From NCBI GenBank assembly GCA_938006875.1, contig CALLMJ010000055.1, positions 918 to 64,917 on the forward strand: a stretch of 64,000 nucleotides of DNA, in the 5' to 3' direction. The position numbers were made by a program, and so were the translations under genes. Of this stretch, positions 56,783 through 64,000 are shown one piece after another; the first letter of the stretch is position 1, and each line of letters starts with the position of its first letter. Origin of the DNA: an uncultured Bacteroidia bacterium (GTDB lineage Bacteria; Bacteroidota; Bacteroidia; J057; CALLMJ01). Under the pieces are notes generated by a model. The model saw only the letters and a program-made list of their open reading frames with translations. It did not search any database and had not been told where the DNA came from.

Positions 56783-58627
56783 TTACATTCTGTTAATTAC
56801 ACCAATTCCCAGTAAATTTAAAGCTGTTTTTAAGGTTCTCGCTACTTGGTAACTCAAAAATAACTGAAAGTCTTTTTTGGGGTTATCATCAGCTAAAATT
56901 TTATGATTTTGGTAGAACGTACCATAAAATTGAGCCAATTCTAATGCGTAATTAGCTATTATTGAAGGATTGTATTGTTCAGCAGATAGAAAAACAGTGT
57001 TTTCCCATTTGGAAAGTTGAACACACAAAGCTTTTTCAGTAGAATGTAAAGAAGTAATATCAGCAAAATTTTTCCATTGAATATTCATGGAATCCGCTTT
57101 AGAGAGTAAACTTTGAATTCTTGCATAAGTATATTGAATAAAAGGAGCGGTATTTCCTGTAAAATTGATGGATTCTTTGGGGTCAAAGAGGATTTTTTTG
57201 GTGGGTTCAATTTTGAGTAAAAAATATTTTAAAGCACCTAACCCAAGGGTTTCATAAAGGTTATGAAGCTCATCGGCAGGTAAACCTTCTGTTTTTCCGA
57301 GTTCTTCGGAGGTATCTTTGGCTATATCGTACATTTCTTGCACCAAATCATCAGCATCAACAACTGTACCTTCACGAGATTTCATTTTTCCTGTTGGTAG
57401 TTCTACCATTCCATAAGATAAATGATACATTCCGTCCGCATGAGGAATGCCTAATTTCTTACAAATAGAAATCAGTACTTTCATGTGGTAGTCTTGTTCA
57501 TTACCAATGACATAAACAGAACGGTGCATGTTATATTCATGAGCTTTGAGGTAGGCAGTACCAATATCTTGAGTTACATAAACGGAAGTTCCATCAGAAC
57601 GTAACACAACTTTATGGTCTAACCCTTCGGAAGTTAAATTTATCCAAATAGAACCATCAGGTTTTTGATAAAAAACACCTTTTTCAAGTCCTTTTAAAAC
57701 CCATTCTTTGCCCAGCAAGTAAGTTTGAGATTCATAGTAAAATTTATCAAAATGAATATGAAGACGCTTATAAGTTTGTTCAAAACCTTCATAAACCCAT
57801 TGGTTCATCATTTTCCATAGTTGAATAGTTTCAGGGTCATTTTGTTCCCATTTTTGGAGTAACTCACGGGCTTGTTTTCCAAGTTCACTATAAAGATTAA
57901 AATATTGGTCTTTATATTCTTTAAAAAAAGCTTGTTTTTCTAAATTAGGGTTTTTGGTAGCGGCTTGTAGGAAAATAGCTTCAGCGTTAGAGGATTGTTG
58001 CCATTCTTGATATTCTTTTTGAAAATGTTTTTCAAATTCAACATAATATTTCCCCACGAAATGGTCTCCTTTTATTTTGGTACTTTGAGGAGTTTCTCCG
58101 TTACCATAAAGTTTCCATGCTAACATGGATTTACATATGTGGATACCTCTATCGTTTACTAAACAAGCTTTGATAACTTGATGCCCCAAAAAATCATAAA
58201 TACGACTGACGGAATCTCCAAGAAAAATATTTCTTAAATGCCCTAAATGCAAAGGTTTATTGGTATTTGGGGAAGAATACTCAATCATAATAGTTTGTTT
58301 TTCTTGGGCTTGTATCGTATCAGGAGATAAGTTTTGAAGAAAATTTAGCCAATAATTAGTTTTTAAGGTTAAATTTAAAAATCCTTTAATGATTTCAAAA
58401 CTTTCAAAAATTTCTTTTTTTTCTATGAGATAATTTCCGATAGTATTACCAATTTCTTGAGGATTACCGATTTTTAGTTTTAAAAATGGAAACAAAATGA
58501 CAGTAAAATCACCGGGATGGTCAGGGTTTGTGTATTCAACGGAAATACTCTGTGGTTCAATAGATTTTTCATAAATTAAATGAACAATTTCTGATACCCA
58601 ATGTTGTAATTGCGTTTTTAATAACAT
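56783..58627 (-). CDS. argS: arginine--tRNA ligase
   Basis: SSPNTNKPLHLGHLRN (HIGH region), class I core, C-terminal anticodon-binding domain ending in M. Confidence 0.9.
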   Translation of the reverse strand: MLLKTQLQHWVSEIVHLIYEKSIEPQSISVEYTNPDHPGDFTVILFPFLKLKIGNPQEIGNTIGNYLIEKKEIFESFEIIKGFLNLTLKTNYWLNFLQNLSPDTIQAQEKQTIMIEYSSPNTNKPLHLGHLRNIFLGDSVSRIYDFLGHQVIKACLVNDRGIHICKSMLAWKLYGNGETPQSTKIKGDHFVGKYYVEFEKHFQKEYQEWQQSSNAEAIFLQAATKNPNLEKQAFFKEYKDQYFNLYSELGKQARELLQKWEQNDPETIQLWKMMNQWVYEGFEQTYKRLHIHFDKFYYESQTYLLGKEWVLKGLEKGVFYQKPDGSIWINLTSEGLDHKVVLRSDGTSVYVTQDIGTAYLKAHEYNMHRSVYVIGNEQDYHMKVLISICKKLGIPHADGMYHLSYGMVELPTGKMKSREGTVVDADDLVQEMYDIAKDTSEELGKTEGLPADELHNLYETLGLGALKYFLLKIEPTKKILFDPKESINFTGNTAPFIQYTYARIQSLLSKADSMNIQWKNFADITSLHSTEKALCVQLSKWENTVFLSAEQYNPSIIANYALELAQFYGTFYQNHKILADDNPKKDFQLFLSYQVARTLKTALNLLGIGVINRM

Positions 58628-58972
58628 TCAAAAAAGAATTTGTTGAAGGCAAAATTACAAAATAATTGGAAATGTTAGATGATATACAATTTTGGGGTGT
58701 TTCCTTTGCTTCGCTACGAGTCGGGCTTGCTTTGGATTACTAATTAGCAATTTTTACAAAGTTTTTCTAACGCTTCAAATATTCTCAATTTTCTTTCTAT
58801 TGCATAATCTATGTTTAATGTTCAGAGATAATTTAAGATGTTTTAACTAAAATTTTTGCTTAGTCTCCAACTTTTTTACGTGTCCCTATTCAATACATAC
58901 TTTCTGGAATTGAACGGCTCAACCTTGACAGAAGTAGATGAAAATTAAGCGAATTTGAGGAAGTTCAATAAT

Positions 58973-60073
58973 TTATCCTAAATGAACACTACCTAAAATA
59001 CAATTTTTGCCTCCCGTTATATTTTCTAAAGTTTCATGTTTTTTACCTAATAAAGTTTTTAATCCTAAATAAGCAAAAATTACACTTTCCTTAAAATCAA
59101 TTAATTTTTCGTTGGTATCCACAAAATTTATAGTTTTTGCTAATTGTTGTTTTATATTTTGAATAAGAAATAAGTTTTTTGCACCTCCACCCGTGATTAA
59201 AACTTCTTGATTTTCAAATTTATGGAGTTGCTTTGTAATTTGAATAGTAATGTGTTCTACCCAAGTTCTTAGTAATGAGGGATAGCCAATTTTTGTTGCA
59301 TAATCATCTAATAAAGGGAAAATATATTTTTCTAACCATTCATTACCAAGACTTTTAGGTGGGTTTTGTTCAAAATATGGAATTTTATGAATTTTATAAA
59401 GTAACTCCTCCGAAACGAATCCTTGTGAAGCAATAATTCCATCTTTATCAAAAGGTTGATGATTATATTTCCAAGTATAGAAATTTAAAACACGATTACA
59501 AGCAGTTATATCAAATCCTAAAACATGATTTTTTTGATATATAGAAATATTGGCAAAACCACCTAAATTGATAAATAAATGAATATTAGGAAAAAGTTCT
59601 TGTTCAACTAATGGGACTAAAGGTGCACCTTGACCTCCATTGGCTAAATCTTTTGTACGAAAATCATTAACCAAAGGACACTTTAAATAGCTAGAAATAG
59701 TTTGTCCACAGCCTACTTGAAAAGTAAATTGTTTATCAGGTTGGTGATAAATAGTATGACCGTGAGATGAAACAAATTCAGGTTTTATTTTATAGGTTTT
59801 ACAAAACTCAATAATTTTTTTCCCTATAAAATGACCATAAAAAACATGAGTTTTTGCAAAATCCAATGCACTTGCAGAGGCTAAATTTTCTAATCTAGAA
59901 ATCCATTTTTCATCATATTCATAAGTAAATGCCTCAATAATTTCAAATTTTTTGATTTTTGGATTATTTAGATAAAATTTTACAGCTGCAATGTCTAAAC
60001 CATCTAACGAACTTCCAGACATTAACCCTAACCCAAGATGGGTCTCTTTGGGATGTAAAAAAGAATATTTCAT
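58973..60073 (-). CDS. anmK: anhydro-N-acetylmuramic acid kinase
   Basis: GLMSGSSLDGLDIA N-terminal motif, NLGGFANI, ITGGGAKN. Confidence 0.85.
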   Translation of the reverse strand: MKYSFLHPKETHLGLGLMSGSSLDGLDIAAVKFYLNNPKIKKFEIIEAFTYEYDEKWISRLENLASASALDFAKTHVFYGHFIGKKIIEFCKTYKIKPEFVSSHGHTIYHQPDKQFTFQVGCGQTISSYLKCPLVNDFRTKDLANGGQGAPLVPLVEQELFPNIHLFINLGGFANISIYQKNHVLGFDITACNRVLNFYTWKYNHQPFDKDGIIASQGFVSEELLYKIHKIPYFEQNPPKSLGNEWLEKYIFPLLDDYATKIGYPSLLRTWVEHITIQITKQLHKFENQEVLITGGGAKNLFLIQNIKQQLAKTINFVDTNEKLIDFKESVIFAYLGLKTLLGKKHETLENITGGKNCILGSVHLG

Positions 60074-60110
60074 AGAATTATGGATTCATTAGCTAAAATG
60101 TCTCCAGAAT

Positions 60111-63100
60111 CTACCTCATCAACGTAAAGCTACCGTTTTGTAAGTTTTCACCAATTTTGAGATTATAGAAATACACACCATCAGTTGCTTCTTTACCGTT
60201 AGGCATTAAACCATTCCAGCCTCTATCTTGAGGGTTATTGGTGATATATAAACGAGTACCCCATCTATCATAAACACTAAATTCATAACTATCATGACCA
60301 TCATAAGGTAAACGGAAAAAATCATTCACTCCATCTCCGTTGGGTGTAAATACATTATAAATTTTGGTAATAGGTTCTGTAATGATATAAGGACCTTTAG
60401 CGTAACTTGCTACACAACCATTGGTATCTATGACCTGTAAATTTACGAAAAATTGACCTGCGGTTAAATATTGATGCTTAGGGTTTTGTTCAATAGAGCT
60501 ATAACCATCTCCAAAGTCCCAGAACCATGCAACTGCGTTTTGAGAAGAATCTATAAATTGAACAAAAGTTTGAGGTAAAATCATGGTAATCGGTGCATTG
60601 GGTTCAGAAATAAATAACGCTTTAATTCCTTCTTTAACGGTAAAGGTTTGGTTATAAATAGAGGAATCTGCACAAGAACCTAAACCTCTTATTCTTAATG
60701 TTACAGTGTAGGAGCCCGGTTGAGTATAAGTATGAGTAGGATTTTTTACATTCACTAACGATGTACCATCTCCAAAATCCCACATCCAAGCAACTGCATG
60801 TTCGCTTATATCACTAAAACTAACTTCTAAACTATTACAACTTTCATTAAAGCCTGCTCGGAATTGTGCTTTGGGTTGTGGATATACCACCACTTGTATA
60901 GAATCCCAATATTCACAAACTTCATAGACCACATAAATTAAATACGTAGTATTCACTTCTGGATTGATGAAAAGTATGCTATCATTTGAAATTAGAGAAC
61001 TATCCGCAGAATTTAACCACATCACAGTAGCACCTGCGGGAATATTACCCACACCAACAGGAATTTCTGTTCCTTTACAAACAATGGCTTCACCTTCAGG
61101 GAATTTTTTGATTTCTAATTTTGGTGTAACTTTAATATAAACGGAATCTAAATTGGATGTACAATCTCCAGCAACAGCTTGTAAATAGTAAGTTCCTGAA
61201 ACTTGTGGAACTACAAATGGATTAGCAACCATAGTATCACTTAACCATTGAGTATGGTTAGAATCTTTTCCCCACCATCTTATAACAACAGGTTGAAGAA
61301 TACTGGTTACTTTACCGGGCATTTTTACGGTATCCCCTTGACAAATATGGTATTCACTATCGGTAGTATCTGCATCAACAATAGGAGCGGGTTTTACATA
61401 AACTGTAACGGAATCTATATTTCCTTCACAGCCTTGTGCAGAAGCATAAACGTAATATTTAGTAGTTACAGAAGGCGAAGCAATTGGATTTTGAGCATTA
61501 GGATTATCTAAACCCGTAGTTGGGGACCAAGTATAATTAAAGGGTCCTGGTACGCCACCAGCATTGGCTTGTAATTGGACTGGGGAGCCAGGGCAAGTTT
61601 CCAACGAATCTCCTGCATCTACTGTCGGTCTTCCCAAAACTATGATAGTAACATCATCTACGGCAGATAAACACCCATTTTCTGAATATTGCAAGGTATA
61701 AGTTGTAGTAAAGGCAGGGTTTGCAATAGGATTTGAAAGGTTTGGATTACTCAATCCAGTTGAAGGAGACCAGAAGTATTGTCTTCCAGGTACGGGTGCA
61801 GAACCAATTTGTATTGAATTGCCTACACATATTGAGGTATCATTTCCTGCAAATTGAGCTTCTAAATCTAAAACTAAAATCGTTACTGAATCTATATTGG
61901 ATTGGCAACCCGTAACATTGGAAGTAACTTGCAAATAATAAGTAGTAGTTTGAGTAGGAATAGCAAATGGATTTGCAATATTCGGATTGCTTAAACCCGT
62001 TGATGGAGACCATTGGTAAGTAAATCCGCCGTTTCCTACCACAGTAGGTTGCAAGAAAGTTCCTTGTCCTTTACATAAAGTATCATTTTCTCCTGCATCT
62101 AAAATAGGAGAAGGATTTACCGTAACTTGTGCTATTAAAGTATCAGAGAAGCAATTTACACTATCCTTTACCACTAAACGATAAGTTGTATTTACAGAAG
62201 GAAATACTCTTGGATTGGGTATTGTAGCATTGGAGAGTCCAGCGGAGGGAATCCATTGGTAAGTAAAAGGAGAATTTCCAGAGATTACATGGGTATTAAA
62301 TTGAGCAGTATCACCTGAACATAAATTCAATAAAGGATTGGTAATTTGAGCAACGGGTCTTGGGTTTACAAAAACGGTTACACTATCCACAGTGGAGGTG
62401 CAGTTATTACAAATGGAATAAAAATAATAGGTAGTAGTAGTGTCCGGAAAAGCATTTGGGTTTAGGGCATTAGGATTATCTAACCCATAACTTGGAGACC
62501 AGAAATATTGGCAGCTCGTTCCTGCTAAAATTTGACCTTTCAAAGTATAGATACTAGTTCCTTTACATATAGTAGTATCGGGACCTGCTGAAATTATAGG
62601 AGTAGGATTAATAAATATCTGTTGAGTATCACGAACTATACAACCTTTATCGTTCAAAACCAAAACAATAAATTGAGTTCCGACGCTATCAAAAGCAACT
62701 GTAATAGTATCTGTGCCTTGTCCAGTTAGTATGGTTCCATGGGTTATGTTCCAAGAAAATTGAGCTAATGAACTAGCATTTCCTAAATAGTTAATCGTAA
62801 CAATTTCTTGCTGGCAAGCTACTAATTTACTTCTCTGAATTTGAATGGTAGGAACTGGGTTCACCACAACAGTAAAGGAATCAGGTAAACCGGCACAACC
62901 TGAGTTCGTCGTATTCACCCAATAGTTAGTTGTAGTGGTAGGTTTTACCCAAATAGACTGAGTCGTTGCTCCATTAGACCATAAATAAGTAGTAGAGGAA
63001 GAACAAGTTAGCAAAGTAGAATCCCCTAAACAAATAGTATCTATACCAGTAATTTCTGCTTGAATAGGAGGAACTACATTGATGGTTAAAGTGGCTGGTG

Positions 63101-64000
63101 TTGTAGGGCAACCTTCAAAATCTGTTGTAATTAAGGTATAAGTAGTAGTATCGGTTGGTCCAACTTTAATTACTTGAACAGAATCGCCTGTTGACCATGA
63201 ATAAGAAGCACTTAAAGGAGCTGTTAAGGTAGCACTATCCCCCAAACATAAAGTTGACGGACCTGCAATAAAAGTCGTAATTTCAGGTTTGACAGTTATA
63301 TTCACAAAATCTGTTGCAGAACAACCCGTTAGGGTGTCAGTAGCAATGACTTGATAAGAAACCGTTACAGGATTAGCATTGGTATTTAAGAAATTCAGAG
63401 TAGGTTGAGCAGCCGTAGAATCCGATAAGAAGCTACCAGGTCTCCAACGATAACGATAATTGGGTAAAGATGGGCTTCCCAGAACTAAGGGTACATTATT
63501 ACATATTGTAGTATCGGGACCTGCATTAGCAATAGAAGCATTAATAATGGTAACTGAATCTGCAATAATTTCTTTACAACCCAGAGCATCGGTTACAGTT
63601 AAGGTATAATAATAAGTTCCTGGTCCTGGATAACTATGCGTAAATGTAGAATCAAAGCGGAATATATTAAAGTTTAAATTTCCATCTCCATTCCACTCGT
63701 AAGTAAAGGGGGCAACACCACCAGAAATCAATTCAGCCGCAAAAGTAACATCATTACAAACTAAACTTATAATAGAATCTTTTGCAGTAAAAGGACCTCC
63801 CTGTACATACAAAAGAAAAGTATAATCTCTGTATCCGTTGATAGGGCAGTAATCATCTTGCACCCTTACTGTAAAGGTATAAGGCTGATTACTTGCAATA
63901 GGATTGTTCCAAGTAAAAGTACCAAAAGCATTAAAACCTGGAGTTGAAGAAAAATTCGCTGTAGGGATACCGTTATTCCATGTTAAAGTTAAAAATTGAC
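60111..64000 (-). CDS. giant surface protein (repeated Ig-like modules, 2 PKD domains, T9SS type B CTD); N-terminus outside the window
   Basis: The frame stays open from 63863 to the window end (I translated 63864-63998 with no stop). It has a series of Ig-like modules, six of them with the W.PS.GLSNPN..NP...P...TTY signature, and two WDFGDG PKD domains. C-terminal VFTPNGDGVNDFF...VYDRWG...GWNG...GVYFY. Confidence 0.8.
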   Translation of the reverse strand, partial: QFLTLTWNNGIPTANFSSTPGFNAFGTFTWNNPIASNQPYTFTVRVQDDYCPINGYRDYTFLLYVQGGPFTAKDSIISLVCNDVTFAAELISGGVAPFTYEWNGDGNLNFNIFRFDSTFTHSYPGPGTYYYTLTVTDALGCKEIIADSVTIINASIANAGPDTTICNNVPLVLGSPSLPNYRYRWRPGSFLSDSTAAQPTLNFLNTNANPVTVSYQVIATDTLTGCSATDFVNITVKPEITTFIAGPSTLCLGDSATLTAPLSASYSWSTGDSVQVIKVGPTDTTTYTLITTDFEGCPTTPATLTINVVPPIQAEITGIDTICLGDSTLLTCSSSTTYLWSNGATTQSIWVKPTTTTNYWVNTTNSGCAGLPDSFTVVVNPVPTIQIQRSKLVACQQEIVTINYLGNASSLAQFSWNITHGTILTGQGTDTITVAFDSVGTQFIVLVLNDKGCIVRDTQQIFINPTPIISAGPDTTICKGTSIYTLKGQILAGTSCQYFWSPSYGLDNPNALNPNAFPDTTTTYYFYSICNNCTSTVDSVTVFVNPRPVAQITNPLLNLCSGDTAQFNTHVISGNSPFTYQWIPSAGLSNATIPNPRVFPSVNTTYRLVVKDSVNCFSDTLIAQVTVNPSPILDAGENDTLCKGQGTFLQPTVVGNGGFTYQWSPSTGLSNPNIANPFAIPTQTTTYYLQVTSNVTGCQSNIDSVTILVLDLEAQFAGNDTSICVGNSIQIGSAPVPGRQYFWSPSTGLSNPNLSNPIANPAFTTTYTLQYSENGCLSAVDDVTIIVLGRPTVDAGDSLETCPGSPVQLQANAGGVPGPFNYTWSPTTGLDNPNAQNPIASPSVTTKYYVYASAQGCEGNIDSVTVYVKPAPIVDADTTDSEYHICQGDTVKMPGKVTSILQPVVIRWWGKDSNHTQWLSDTMVANPFVVPQVSGTYYLQAVAGDCTSNLDSVYIKVTPKLEIKKFPEGEAIVCKGTEIPVGVGNIPAGATVMWLNSADSSLISNDSILFINPEVNTTYLIYVVYEVCEYWDSIQVVVYPQPKAQFRAGFNESCNSLEVSFSDISEHAVAWMWDFGDGTSLVNVKNPTHTYTQPGSYTVTLRIRGLGSCADSSIYNQTFTVKEGIKALFISEPNAPITMILPQTFVQFIDSSQNAVAWFWDFGDGYSSIEQNPKHQYLTAGQFFVNLQVIDTNGCVASYAKGPYIITEPITKIYNVFTPNGDGVNDFFRLPYDGHDSYEFSVYDRWGTRLYITNNPQDRGWNGLMPNGKEATDGVYFYNLKIGENLQNGSFTLMR

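Noticed and set aside
7052-61915. Remaining 60-110-aa track ORFs: 7052, 7489, 12686, 13199, 15456, 16526, 16859, 18067, 25143, 34011, 34734, 38353, 38939, 44011, 44543, 47110, 48874, 51623, 52417, 56015, 61248, 61733
   Set aside because: Each lies within or antisense to a longer gene with clear motifs, or spans promoter or terminator sequence. Each has a low-complexity or hydrophobic nonsense-like composition. None has independent support.
1-64000. Prophage, IS element, integrative element, CRISPR array or rRNA operon
   Set aside because: I recognised no integrase, transposase, capsid, terminase or Cas motifs, no regular repeat-spacer arrays and no rRNA-like conserved blocks while reading both strands.

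Overview
Visibly AT-rich chromosomal segment of Bacteroidota type. This is supported by type A and type B T9SS C-terminal sorting domains, TAnnTTTG -7 promoter boxes close to start codons, and a LytS-type kinase. I call 44 protein genes and one tRNA-Ala(GGC); both window edges cut through genes. I found no rRNA, CRISPR array, IS/transposase, integrase or phage structural genes, so this reads as core chromosome rather than a classic island. Housekeeping genes recognised by motif are pdxH, uvrD/pcrA, rnz, htrA, ispD, queA, ribD, tyrS, pepA, pdxA, argS and anmK. They are interspersed with five T9SS cargo proteins.

The most unusual items, in order:
1. At the left edge, a >1390-aa STAND NTPase with a TIR-like N-terminus, one transmembrane helix, a K/E coiled-coil stalk, eight WD40 units and a C-terminal LysM. 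This predicts a membrane-spanning STAND with its repeat sensor outside the cytoplasm.
2. Two tandemly duplicated PP2C phosphatases (13411-17750). Their PAS domains are strongly LOV-like, but the adduct-forming Cys is replaced by Gly.
3. A three-gene operon (6029-8422) encoding a T9SS cargo with a CXXCH motif, a two-haem-motif lipoprotein and a beta-barrel.
4. A GC-rich repeat/palindrome element at 26132-26251.

All domain calls come from reading motifs by eye. No HMM, BLAST or structure search was run, and start codons are my own choices.
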